A stretch of DNA of 53,366 nucleotides, filler included, from Sphacelaria rigidula (lineage: Eukaryota), in the NCBI GenBank assembly GCA_964200075.2. It is 3 parts of 3 records of this genome, joined end to end, with 100 filler letters (N's around TTAATTAATTAA, not from the genome) between each part and the next. Parts side by side here need not be neighbours in the genome. Positions count along the whole stretch, not along the records: positions 1 to 17,723 come from CAXNAA020001009.1; positions 17,824 to 35,545 come from CAXNAA020001010.1; 1 more part is not named here. One strand, 5' to 3'. Below, one piece after another: positions 12,201-24,300 of the stretch; positions within the stretch are counted from its first letter, which is position 1, and every line of letters starts with the position of its first letter. Below the pieces are notes generated by a model, which saw only the letters and a list, made by a program, of their open reading frames with translations, was not told where the DNA came from and did no database searches. Both the position numbers and the translations under genes were made by a program.

Positions 12201-15200
12201 AACACGAGTTGTTTGAACTCTCAGGGTGGACTGGCGCAAACAGACTTGCGCGTACTTCGTGGTTGAAGGACTGGGATATGACCAAACGTGTGAGCAAGAA
12301 GCACGTGGCATACGACGTATATCGTTTATGTTTGTTCTTCATTGTTTTGATACCCATAAACACGATGTCCCGACGGAACGGACAAATGGACCGCACACGG
12401 GACCACTCACGTTCACCGTACGAGTGCTCAAGGATAGGTATAATCGGTTCCACTTCGACCACATGTACCGGGGTCAGGATGGATGCCAAATGCAGCCATG
12501 TAGACTGGTGCATGTCCTGGCCACGAATGTACGATCGTGTAGGTCTGATGGAAATGTGTATCTAGACCGACGTTCATTTCAGTGGTCAGTGAAGCACCAG
12601 TTGTCAAGTGAAATTCCAATCCAAAAGCGGTCGCAGGCGATGGGCTACTTCATGTACGGTCGTGTAACTCGCTTCGCTGATAAACACCCGCTCATCACGT
12701 ACCTTTATTGCAGCTGACAATCGCCCTGCATTAGAACACGCTGATCGACTTTGAGAAGAGTAATTTTTTTTTTTCGTGTATATGTACAATAGACGTGACA
12801 TCCAAATCCAATTGTGGCGAACAACTCCTACAATATCAAGTTTCGGAGTTTGTGAATATTGTGACAAGAATCAAATATTGAAAACGGATGTTGCCAAAGA
12901 AGCGGTTAGGTGCAACTGGCCCCTCGTTCGCAACGGTTAGCTAGAACACTATTAGCAAAGAAAACTCCACGCATATTCGAGGACCATGAATCCTTTTACA
13001 CGAAAAGAATATCTACATTCACGTAGCACGCCGTTCAACTAAATCTCACCCAAGGCACGATTGGGCGTGACGACATAGCTGCATCTGGAGGCCTCAAAGC
13101 AAACCAGCTCCGGTCGTTGCGCTGCAGCACGGGGAGGGGCTGGCACGGCACAGAGGTGGCCGGATGATACTCCAAGTGGGAGCGCGGCCACGTGATAAAG
13201 CTCCGCTTCGAGAGTAGGAAGGAGTGAGCCTGGCGGAGCATTTTTTCCTTGGTCATCTGCCGGGAAAAAAACGCATCAGTCGAGGCAGGAGGGGGCAAAA
13301 AAAACGAAGAGAATGCATCAGATTTTTGCAAGACCATCCCATGTGTTTAATACGTGTGTTCATTGAGGTCACGCAGTACGGTAATGGTAACTCAAGGCGA
13401 TCTGCACCGTTCCTCACATTTTCACTCTGCCTGTACTCGGGGAACGCAAAACAGGTTGAGATTGTACAGATTTTGATACTGAGACACCTTGGGATGTAAC
13501 ATACCCAAGCCAGAAAAAGCTGCAGTCATCGCGACTCTCAAGTGACAAAAATAGGGAAACATGATGAGAAAATGTTCGATCGCAGGATTTAACTCCGTAA
13601 CAACAAGACTGTCAAGCAACACGGGTACGAAAGGGTGTTGTCCGCTTATTTCCCGTGGCGATGACGATGAAAAAACTCATGAATATTTCGTCTTTTCTTC
13701 GAGTGACAGTTCAGTTTTCGCCGAAACATCAAGCACACACACATCATGACTTGGTATATCACCGTCCCTTTTTCACTACTTGCATTCTCTTCATGTGGTT
13801 TACCTTCGGTTGCCACTTCGGGGCGTCCGCGGCAAGGGAGGGGTTGAAGGCCAACGCCCGGAGAACGGACATCACAAGGTCCCGTTTCTGGGTTTGTTCC
13901 CAAGGCAGCAGCCTCAGCAGCACTGCTCCCCAGTTGTAGCTGTTGTCTTGTGGCAGTACCTGCATCGTACAGGATTTATTACGCGAAAATAGAGGGAGTC
14001 ATCTTGGTGCACATTGCATCGTATTTACGGACTTGGAAGCAGTAAACCAATCCTTCGAGAGCCCAGCAGCAGCTTGATCTTCATGGGCAGCCTCAGCTGT
14101 TCGATGCCATAAACATCGACCAGGAGTACGGTAAACGAACGCCATCATCGCTGGATGGCGCAACAGCCACTCTGAAAAGACTTGCTGTAGCGGTGCCGGA
14201 AACAAGTAGACTATTCATCGTCAGCAGCCACTGCTTTTTACAGGGTTCAGGGATGCACTAAAGTACCGACGTACCCGAACAAGATGCTACGGGACATACA
14301 AACTGTCGTTTCCGGTGCGCACGGCAGGCCCTTCAAGGGGATCACCGACCTTGCTATACTGAACAGCAACCCTACCTTGATGCCGATGGTGCCCGTGAGG
14401 AGTAGGTACATGAAGGGAAATCCGAGGCCCATCCTCCCCTCCTCCAGCTTGATGCCTGACGCAATCCACGCTTGTACATTTGCCAGGGCCGGCGCCCCCG
14501 ACGTGTCGTCCGGTGGGTTGTAGCTGCTCGAAACGGCGAGTTTCATCTGTACCGATCAACCCGATCACACGGTTTCAAGAGTGAGCGCTATATTGGGGCA
14601 CCGTAGGTCATCATCCAGAGTATATCGCCGGTGGCAGGCTGAAGCCCATGAGAGTAAGGCAGCGCGTGGACTGCGCCAAGACAGGGGATTTGAGTGGATC
14701 GGACCCCTAAGCTACCTTGAGCAGAGCTTGCGAACGCTCGAGGCGCTTACCTCCACATGACTGCCGTGAGGCAGTCTAGCCGAGCCTCCGGGTGGGTGCA
14801 CGAACCCGCTTGCGGGGTAAGTGTTGGGTCAGGTTTCCTCCTTCCTTGAATATATTTATACTTCCTCTGTTCCATAAGTAAAGGTACCTAAATTTGTACG
14901 GGCCCTTAACGATGTCCGATCGTTTTTCTTTTTAAATGAACACTACGGTGTTTTTTGGGTAAAAAAAATGTGTTCAAATTTGCAGTTCGTGCTTGAACCA
15001 TGCCGCTGGACGGCTCCAAAAAAAGTAGTCGGCCCAAAAATGGCCGTTTTTTGCCCCTTTCTGAGGGGAAAAAAAGTATCGGTTTTTTTAAAATCGCTTG
15101 GGACTTCCTAGCAGCAAGCCCCGTGAAGGCGGGGGCGACTGAAAAAATAAAAAGTAAAATCGACACTTTTTTTCCCCTCGGAAAGGATAAAAAAACGGCC

Positions 15201-17118
15201 ACTTTTGGGCCGACTACTTTTTTTTGCAGCTGTTCGGCGCATGGTTCAAGCACGAGCTGCTAATTTCAAACACATTTTCTCAACCCAAAAAACATCGTAG
15301 ACCTCATAAAAAAAAAAAAATCGGACATTGTTAAGTGCCCCTACAAATTTAGGTATCTCCACCCATGAGACAGAGGAAGTATACATATATCGCTCGTCGC
15401 AGGAAAAAACTTCGCCATGATTTTCTCTACAAATCACGATTTACAAGCACGACGTTTCACTGCCACCGAGATTTCAGTTACGCCAGAGGATCTCGACGAG
15501 ATAATTTCAGCGAGAGCGTTCATGACACCGCACGACCGAAGCGAGATTTGAGTTGTTGCCCGGTACTTGGGTGATATACTCCGCTGCCAACGGTACATCT
15601 GTGAAGGTTTTGACTACGATTTCATGACTCGACCACAGCCAAATCGACCCATGTGGTGTAATCCAACGGGCAATTGTGCGTTCCGCATCAGGTACGGCTG
15701 AAATGCGTTCAAGCGTTCAGCCACTTTAACAAAGTCAATCTTGAAGGACACGTATACCCCTGTAGCTCTATATAGTGTGCAAGAATAATAAAGTGTGGTT
15801 TACTTCATCCTCATCCTAGAAGCAGTGTGCGCTGCAAGCTTTACACCAAAATTGACGTTGCGTATGATCAGGAGTTGCCAATCAGGAGCCTTGAGCCCTT
15901 CCTAACGTATCACAAGTGGCGCGACGTAGAGCCCCTCAGGCGGTTGTTCACCACAAGCAACGTGTAGTAGATGTTTTCCATACGTGTTAGCTTATTTTTT
16001 TCATCGCCGGACATGCGCGTGTTGAGCGCGATGGATCAACTTTAGAGGAGAGATCACGTGTGCAGAGAATAGAAACAATACAAGAATGCCGATCAAGCAG
16101 AACATACACCTCATTTCTATGCTCTCGTAGACTATCTGAGGTGACGGTGAACAGCAGGCCTCAGGCACTGTTTGAAAGCTTTACTCGTTGGTCTCTTTTC
16201 GGTTCCAGTTATATCTCCTACTCCAAACTTCATGTAAGTCGAGAAAATAGGAACAAAACTCATATCTTGATTGTTCGGAGACACGTGTATTCGAGCTCTC
16301 AACCCCACGCGAGATTAATATTACCGCAAAGGAAAGCCCTGAAGACTTTCGATTCGATATAGGATCCAACAACACAATCGCTAGCTACCCCACCAAACTA
16401 TCGAATGAACGAACCAAAATAGTCCTCAAAATGATCGTGACTTCTGCCCCTGCAGAGCGCGATAGTGATCATGAACAAATTCCATGAGTTTTTTTTCCAT
16501 CGCAGATCACCTAACTCGACAACCCAAGGACGGAACAGGTCCGCACCGCGAGGCAGTGAGCAAAAAGGCATTATATGCGCAGTGCCGCCAGAGTCCAGAC
16601 AACGTCGCCCAGATTCCGAGATCGCAGTTTGGCAGATACAGGGAGCGACAGCGCTGTGCACGATCCATCCGACACTTGGGCCACATTGAAGGTCGGGCAC
16701 AAGTCTATTGATCAAACCCACAGTATCCAACGACGCCGCACGGTTCTAGAGATGGGCAAGACAAAAAAAGCAGACCCTTCTCCATGTACCCTTGAGAATT
16801 TGCGCGCCCTGATGAAGGGCGTATGAAAAACGAAAAAGTCACGCATGAACGCATCAGGGGTGAGTCATGCAACTTGAGAAGAACAAAAAGTCACGCATGA
16901 ACGCATCAGGGGTGAGTCATGGCAACTTGAGAAGAAGTTAGCCGTCTCACCTTCGAGAAAATTCCCCCCTTCTTCTCCGGGTCCTCCATGCAGGACTGGT
17001 CCACCAAGTTGTCGAACGACTGTAGCTTGGGGGTAGGAGCCGGGTACACCCGTGCAGTCACCTTCCAGAATTGAATGGCGGAACACCATTGCACTATATG
17101 ATTCAAGGCAGGCAATAC
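115..17118 (-). CDS. Gene A (partial, both ends missing): large DUF3638-family P-loop NTPase-like protein, 15 phase-compatible exons, about 749 aa visible
   Basis: Exons in transcription order, all with AG/GT ends and matching phases: 17118-16951, 14546-14376, 13959-13804, 13256-13050, 11924-11801, 10738-10617, 9871-9773, 8759-8505, 8108-7981, 7338-7224, 4910-4785, 4427-4284, 3079-2948, 1401-1238, 250-115. The spliced product contains DPRLLLVEFNSSILLHHSQ, Walker A-like HQMIMGAGKTTVVAP, VVPDALL, TTPTSVKSFMLK and Walker B-like LLLDE, the motif order I recognise from DUF3638 proteins. Small missed exons cannot be excluded. Confidence 0.8.
1495..2382 (-). mobile_element. Degenerate 3' part of a non-LTR (LINE) retrotransposon ORF
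   Basis: Frameshifted pieces AAKKILGCSKTTSDTVLRAELGMYSL, KLMFRFRMGDLDL and ILGDKWWP resemble the post-RT C-terminal region of LINE ORFs. Lies in a gene A intron and ends at a 10-N gap. A second copy of the 3' end is at about 36296-36520. Confidence 0.75.
3125..3320. repeat. (GTGTTA)n / (TAACAC)n hexamer microsatellite, about 32 units with GTGTTG and GCGTTA variants
   Basis: Directly visible; produces the spurious poly-TN and poly-VL ORFs. Confidence 0.97.
4284..4427 (-). CDS. Gene A exon with the Walker A-like motif (VALIGRFMSKATNGLSMCHQMIMGAGKTTVVAPTLGLLLADGTRLVME)
   Basis: Acceptor gtgcag|GTTGCT, donor ATGGAG|gtgcgt, 144 nt, phase 0/0. Confidence 0.88.
5640..7150. repeat. Long diverged inverted repeat: arms about 5640-6278 and 6617-7150, loop about 340 bp
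   Basis: catgttccagcgcctccggccca (~5758) vs tgggccggaggcgctggaacatg (~7009); agggagccaacacttatgtgccggagctta (~6175) vs gagctccggcacacaagtgttggctccct (~6687). Confidence 0.85.
10821..10985. mobile_element. Short, decayed piggyBac-like MITE, same family as 50932-51967
   Basis: tgaa|ccctttcgggaaccgacctccactaac ... ccggtctcaaaagga|ttaa; the left end resembles cccttttgggaccgacccccactaac at 50932. Confidence 0.55.
14861..15379. mobile_element. Stowaway/Tc1-mariner-like MITE, nearly fully palindromic
   Basis: TA|CTTCCTCTGT ... ACAGAGGAAG|TA. Arms of about 230 bp stay complementary (gtgcttgaaccatg / catggttcaagcac; aaaaagtagtcggcccaaaa / ttttgggccgactactttt). Confidence 0.88.
16833..16937. repeat. 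Two-copy tandem duplication of about 52 bp
   Basis: aaaaagtcacgcatgaacgcatcaggggtgagtcatg(g)caacttgagaagaa twice, close to the gene A donor at 16949-16950. Confidence 0.92.
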
Positions 17119-17723
17119 CTGGGAGAACTTAGGTGAATTCTTGTTCACACTAGTTTACGCTTCAACCGTGGATTTACCTAATCGGGATTGTTTCGCAGAC
17201 GATCTGTCATCCTCACTCGAATGATCTAGAATCGGTCGCCGTTCGTGGAAGAAGCAGGTCGTTCACAGGACACATTCCACAACTTTGAGTTGTCTCTGTT
17301 AAACCGAGTGAAATTCCCCTTTCCGGGTGGGGCTAGTTACTGACTGTATTAGGTGCAAAACACGGCTTTCCGGCTGTAGCGCAGTGAATTGCTTGAACTC
17401 CAGAAAAGTAGACCATGGACTTGTGCATCATAGCAATCGGAGTTTGTTCGGTGGAGCGAGAGTATAAACGCTCGAGAGCCAGCGGCTCTATTCTCCTGTG
17501 ACCCCCAACGACCGGTCAGTCCATGTATCGTCTTGAAGAGGTCGTAAAAAAAAATATCCGTTCGGAGTTTGCGTTGGGTACTAGTATATCTCGATCTCTA
17601 AAACTCGACATCAAACGTTATTCCGTGATTAGTCATTCAAATCCAGAAACCAGAATGTACTCCCTTTCTTCTTTCTTTCTTCTTTATTTCTGTTTGCTTG
17701 TATCGCGTTTTGTGAGTTTTTCA

Positions 17724-17823
17724 NNNNNNNNNNNNNNNNNNNNNNNNNNNNNNNNNNNNNNNNNNNNTTAATTAATTAANNNNNNNNNNNNNNNNNNNNN
17801 NNNNNNNNNNNNNNNNNNNNNNN
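17724..17823. other. Artificial contig-join spacer
   Basis: 44 N + TTAATTAATTAA (stops in all six frames) + 44 N, 100 nt in total. Confidence 0.95.
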
Positions 17824-17959
17824 AGCGAATGATCAAAGCCACTCTCAATCGTATCATCTACTCTCAATCTCACGAAAACACTGTTAAATGCATTTGGATT
17901 ATTTTTAACTGGTTCACCTCCATATACTAACTAGAGTAATCGGTTGTCGACGGAATGAC

Positions 17960-18243
17960 GCATATTCTTCGCTCAATTTTGGATCGTTTTCGATGGAATT
18001 TCGACACGATGTACGGGACGTATTTGCGAATACAGAGCCTTTCCTCCCGTGTGTTTTTTTTACTTCTTCGTGAGTTATTGGCGACGGAACATTTCAGTTT
18101 TTTCCAAACAAAATTGCTCATAACTCACGGAGGAGAAAAAAACACACACACACGAGAGGGAAAAATCGGCATTTGCACATGCGTCCTGTACATCATGTCA
18201 AAATTTAATCGAAAACGATCCAAAATTGAGCGAAGAATATGCA
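17960..18243. mobile_element. Palindromic MITE/foldback element
   Basis: gcatattcttcgctcaattttggatcgttttcgat at 17960 is the reverse complement of atcgaaaacgatccaaaattgagcgaagaatatgc at about 18208-18242; complementarity continues inward. Confidence 0.8.
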
Positions 18244-18341
18244 TTTCAACATTCCTGGTGGCTTCTAGGGCGGCCCAGCTCGTAGACATCCACTAACACC
18301 ACCGAGTCCCCCCTATCGAATTACGCTGTGAAATAACGTGC

Positions 18342-21300
18342 CTATTTCTGTCATCTCCCGTTCCAGCGCGCACAGTTCCTTCTCGCTCCCCCCGAGCTCT
18401 CTCCTAACCTGGCTCGTTTTTGCTACTGCTTTCTCCTCGGCGGCATGCAAAGCGGCGATTTCCATCCGCTGCTTTTCGAACGCGACCTGTCGCGAGACCA
18501 AAATAATTATTTTTTTCCGGGGGCGCAATTGTTTGAGGGAGATCGGAACCATCTCACGCTTCTTTTGGGTACAGTAGTGATCGGAGTGGATCTCAATGCA
18601 AACCTACACTAGTGCTGCTTGGTGGAGATAGTGCTCACATTGGTGTGCGCCTCATACGCACGGTGTGGCATATTTTGTATACCGAAGTTATCATCGGGCT
18701 GTATAACGCTGCTAGACGGATCTGTTGCTGCTGTGACGTTTCTAACTGTACCGCTGCCCACTATGTTGTGTTTTACGTAAGAAACATCACGCACACGCAG
18801 GTGGAGTGTGGGGGTATCGACGCCGAACGAAAACAGATGTGAGCGTCGCTACAGGCCACGACTCCGCCATAGTTTCGGCTGTCTGCATGATTTCATGAGC
18901 TAACAAATATGCAGTCGCAGTGTGCTGGTCTCCTTGTCGGCGACAATCGCTTTCCTGGCTGGAAACATTATACGCCATCGCCTTTGTCTGGAACCGGACA
19001 CAGCACCTTCTGATGGTCGAACTTCTTCATCTCCGCCTCATGCGCAAGACGACTTTGCACCCTCGTAATACCTCTGGCCAACATGTTCGGGTTATCCGAT
19101 ACTCCTAGAGTGAGCCGCACGTCACGTTAGGAAAAATTGAGTCGGAACGATATCATCCACCACAAACAAGCACCACTTACTGTATCGCGATTCAAGGTCA
19201 GGTCGTCGTAAAATCGCAACTAGGGGCACTGGTTGCAGGTGCAGGGGTCACCTTGGTGTCTTCGATCAGGCGCATTCCCAGCTTCAATTTCTCCGGCCCG
19301 AAAGCTGCCGCAGCCCACGCTCTCCGGTGCTTCGCCGTACGCCGTCCAATAACCCCGCGGTATATTCGCTGAATCTCCACGACGGCCAACGCAAACGCCA
19401 GGCGACTCGCGTAGGCATCGACCATGCATTTACACCGCCACCAGGCTTGGATCTTGATCGCGCACCTTTGCCTAGTACGCAGTTCCTCCAGCGTCGCCTG
19501 CTGCCGTGTGGCATACGTCCTGCCCAAGTGTCCACGGTAGCACCTCTGCACCGTCAGCACCGCCAAGTCTCGGCGCCGCACCACCGCCCGCCGGCGTCCC
19601 AACATCCCCCGCGAGACTCTCTGCAGCCTTCCCGCGGCTTCCCCGAACACGAGTTCCGCCATTGCGGCGTCGCGTGTTCGCCGCACACGCTGCCTTTGTA
19701 AGAGTCCGCGCGCGGCAGTCTGGACTACTACGGCAGCGGCAGCACGCCGATTGAGCTCGTTCCTCTCGCTTCGCAGCAGCGCCACTCGCCGTCGACCAAG
19801 CACTCCACGAACAAGCGACTGCACCCGTATGGATCCCTCTCGCCGTGCGAGGTCGAAATCGCGCCGGGGAAGCGTGTCGCAGGCCCTTTTCACGGCGGCC
19901 CTGGCTTGGTCCCGCTGGAACTGTGCTAGATCTCCTCCGCCAGCCACCCCCGCCTCTTTTCTCAGCCGCTTCATTTCTTCGTGATCTCTTGCAGCGTCTG
20001 CCATCAACGAATACGCATCTCGTGCGCGTTGGAATTCCTCCGGGAGCTTTTCCATTGGCAAGTAGTCTATCGGCGGCATAGCGCGGGAGGGTTCGGCGAA
20101 CGCAACACTCACCTGGCTCCTGATTACACTACCAGCAACCATGTCCGAGAAATGGGTAACACGAGGGGACGCAGAACAAGTTGTCGGCGAGATCAGGCAA
20201 TTGCGTGCGATCTCGTCGTCTACATCAGCGCCGTCCACAGCGCGCTGTAGGTCCGCCGGTGCCCGCGCCATCCTTGCCACGGCGAGCTGTTCCTCGAGCT
20301 CCCCGATCATTTTTTCGTCTTCTGCGGCGTACGCCTTGCTCCTCATTTCCTGTTCCTCCTGGATACCGGCGATGCGTCGTTCGGCGGCAGCCTCCTCGTC
20401 TTGACGTCGTTTCGCAGCCCGCTTCCGCGCCACGCACAGCCGGTCTTCGAGGCAGGCTTCGGCGATGAATACATCATTGAGGGGTTCGGTGGTGACTGCG
20501 TCGGCGTTTGATGGCAGCGCCGAAGCCCCTACCTCTTTCGTTTCAGCATTGGAGTAATTACGGTCGTCACTGGATTCGCAGTTTAGAGTGGCGCTATCGG
20601 CAACGACGACGCCACCGTCGCCAGTGCTGGGCATCCATCGACGGCCCCTGCGTTGCGACGCATCGGACGTCAACAGCTCGAGGGACGGTGCCGCAGAGGA
20701 CGGACTCCGAGTATATTTGTCGCTCGAGTCACTGCCTGCTATGCGTATGGTGCTGGAACAAGTTCGTTGACCACCAAGCACGATGTCGTAACAGTCGGTA
20801 TCGCCACCGTGTCTTGCGTCACAGTCGCCATCATCAGCATCATCATGACGCAAGGCCGCAACTCCTGTCAAGCTCGATGCAGCTGTCGTGGGAGCGCCAG
20901 CTGTCCCGTTGCCATGTTGGGGGGTTTCATGAGACAACGAAGGCGCTGATCCTGTCGAACTCTGTTTTTCCTCCCACACCAACGTCGGTCCGTTGCCTAT
21001 TCCACGCGAGACTTCACCGACGCCTCGGATACCACTTCGGCTCGTAGCTCCCGACTCCGATGTAGCTTGAACACCAAGGGGTCTCCAGGGGTGGCTAACA
21101 TCCCACGTTCTGTCAGCGTGTTGGCGATCTCGTTCACTGCCTTCATCGTCCGACAGTGGAAACGCTGCGGTCGGTTTGGCGACCGCCGTGCTCTGCGGAT
21201 TCCCCGTATTCCGATCTCGTCTAACGGCGCTGATCCTGGTGCAGGTTTTCTTGATGGGGCTGGTCATGGGAGCGCGGTCAGCGACTCCTCGACCGGTGGC

Positions 21301-24300
21301 GGAGGGGAGAGCAGGCGTGTGTATAATCTGGGGAAAAGGCGACACCAACGCCGTCATCGTCGTCGTGTTCGTTGCCGTCGTTTGCGGTGATTTTGTCGGA
21401 GCTTCTCGTGTGCTCTCCTTAGTCGCTTCCCTACGCCGTTTTGAAGACCCGCCGACGCGAACGGCGACGCCATCGGCGTCTACTCCTTGGAATACACTCT
21501 TCCTACCGTCGGGAGCTGCGGATCCGACGACCGTGCCTTCTGCACTTGTACGCGGCGCTACCTTTGCTCCTACCCTTTGTTTCCCGTTAACCTTGGCCAC
21601 AAAGTCCGGCGAAGGGTAGAGGCCAAGGGTTCCCCCTGCTGCGTCTTCGGCTACTTCGGCTGCATCCACACCAGTGTACTCGGGTGTAGGCTTAGCCAAC
21701 GCGTCCAACAAGTCCATCACCGCATGCTTTGATTCTTGCCGTACCTCGTGACCGGCGCGCACCCAAGCCACAAACGTTCCCCGTGGCTTCGACAATGCTC
21801 GCAAGAGATCTGTCAGTCCCTTGCGCCCGTATACGGAGAGGGCTTCGACGCCGGTCGTGTTTGTACAACCCTCGCTGCTCCGATCGGGCGGCAGTTTGCG
21901 AAACTCATGACTCCAAAAGTGGTAGATTGAAGAGCGACAACGTAAAAATGGATCGACGTTCGCCGGGTTCACGAGAAGATCCTCCGTGGACTGCAACAGC
22001 ACCAGAGGCACGCCGAGGGTGCCGACCTCCGTAGAGAGGTCCTCGTGCAGGAGAGCAGAATTGCAGACCACATGGCGGCCCTCCAGAGTTATCGGGTTGA
22101 ACACGGCCGTGTAGATGCCAAGCGCGAGGTTTCGGCCCACCTTCCTCATGTACTGGTCACTGAAAACGTATCTGCCAGTGTTTAGGGTTAGGCCCGCGAA
22201 AAACGTTCGGGCTGGGGGGTTGCACGGAAGCACGAGTTGCCAGGCGGGGCATGTTCAGTCACTGCTACTCGAAATCTGGCTGAGAATGTCCGTGCAAGCA
22301 CACTACGTGTCTTAATGCTATTGAAGTAGGGTTTTCTTCCTCGGGATGAACGTGTGGTCTTGAGGGATCAAGCTATCTCTTCCACAGTACCCGCCTGGAC
22401 TTTTGTCATGGAGGATCGGATTAGCAACTACCGTACGTCGTCGATTCACGGTAATTGCCCCTGCTGCTCGCGCCCGTGCGCTCTCGACAAAGGAAAATAG
22501 ATCATGCTCAAAAAGGCCGTATCTAGTGGGATTCGACCTCGCAAACTTCCACCCCAAGTAGTAGCGGCTGTTGGTGTTTCAGTTAGACAACTGCGGGCGG
22601 ATATCGCGGCATATGCAGGGTGGAGTCAAGGTCATACACTAGGGAAGGGACTTTTTCACCCAAAAGTCTTGCCAACGCGAAGCAATTGAACGCCGAACTA
22701 TTCGTTGGGAATGTTCTTGAGATATTTTCATGCGTTATGCACTGTGCCCACGGTTCTTTCCGACCTCCACCGTCGTTTTTGGAGCTGAGCAGGCAAGGAG
22801 GCTGTCCTCGTGGATGTTGTCTAGCCTAGACAATAGGAACCCGCTAGAGGCGACCGACTACTACGTGCATCCACACTCAAACATGCGACAACCTGAGCGA
22901 GCTGTATCAGTAGAGACAGCGACGGCACAAATAGTGCAAGAGCAGGTTGAGTAGAGTATACTCAATACTCGGTATAGTTGAAAAGTCATACTTCTAGTAT
23001 CCAATATTCGAGTAGAGTACTTGGGGTCGTACTCAATCTACCCAAAATTTGAGTAGAGTGTTTAAGGCCATACTCAATTTACTTAAATCTACTCAAAATT
23101 TGAGTAGAGTATTGTCATACCCAAGTGATACGCTATACTCAAGTATTACTCAGAGTATTTACCCAGTATTTGAGCAGAGTATTTGGGGTCGTACTCAATC
23201 TACCCAAAAATCGAGCAGAGTATTTGAGGCCATACTCAATCTGCCCAAAACCTGAGTAGAGTAATGAGGCCATACCCAAGTGATACTCAATAGTCAAGTA
23301 TTACTGAGAGTACTTACCAAAAATGTGAGTAGAGTATTTGAGGTCGTACTCAATCGACCCAAACTTTGGGTAGAGTATTTGAGGCCGTACCCAATATACT
23401 CAAAATTTGAGTACAGTAAATACTCAGGCATTTTACCCGAGTACTCAACAGTACATGCTCTACTCGGCCTGCCCTTACACTGTTTTTACCGCTGGGTTGC
23501 CCATGGAGAAGTCAGATGTGCGGCCGGTAGAGTCGCTCATTTTGACAATACGTACCCAACTACCCGTCTACTCGATTACCCAATGATGATGAGTAGCGCT
23601 TTGTGCTGAAACTGATGTCGAGGAGATTGCGAAGTATGACGCATGTACTGCCACGGGTGGGGGCAGGTGAGCTGGGGCAGGTAGGTTCATTCACCTGCAC
23701 GTTTTTTTGTTTTTCGGTGGCCACCATTTCCTCATACTCATTGCAGCACGTGGCGTATCGTCACTCATCTCATTGACGATCATCGTCCGCCAATATATTA
23801 ACATAGCCTGTGAAGTGACGTCACGAAGTCGCCTACGGTCACGGTTACTCATCATATCCAACCGATACCCTATACCTCAGTGTAACTGAGAGCGGTTACC
23901 CAATATTTGAGTAGAGTATTTGAGGTCGTACTCAATCTACCCAAAATTTGAGTAGACTAATTGAAGTCGTCCTCAATCTACCCGAAATTTGAGTCGAGCT
24001 TTGAGGTCACACCCAAGTGATACTCCATTCTCGAGTATTACTGAGTACTTACTCAAAATTGGAGTTAAGTATTTGAGGTCGTGCTCGATCTACCCAAACT
24101 TTGAGTAGAGTACCTGAGCTCGTACTCAATCTACCCAAAATCTGGGTAGAGTATTCGAGTCCGTACCCAATCTACTCAAAATTTGAGTAGACTGTTTGAG
24201 GTCGTACTCAATCTACACAAAATTCGAGTAGAGTATTGATGTCATACCCAAGTGATACTCTATACTCAAGTATTACTGAGTACTTACTCAAAATTTGAGA

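Noticed and set aside
16951-18486. Genes A and B as one giant minus-strand gene
   Set aside because: They are separated by an artificial join, and the phases do not fit (B exon ends in phase 1, A exon starts in phase 0)
19327-22315. Many overlapping plus-strand ORFs (also at 25023-29274)
   Set aside because: Antisense shadows of GC-rich gene B exons
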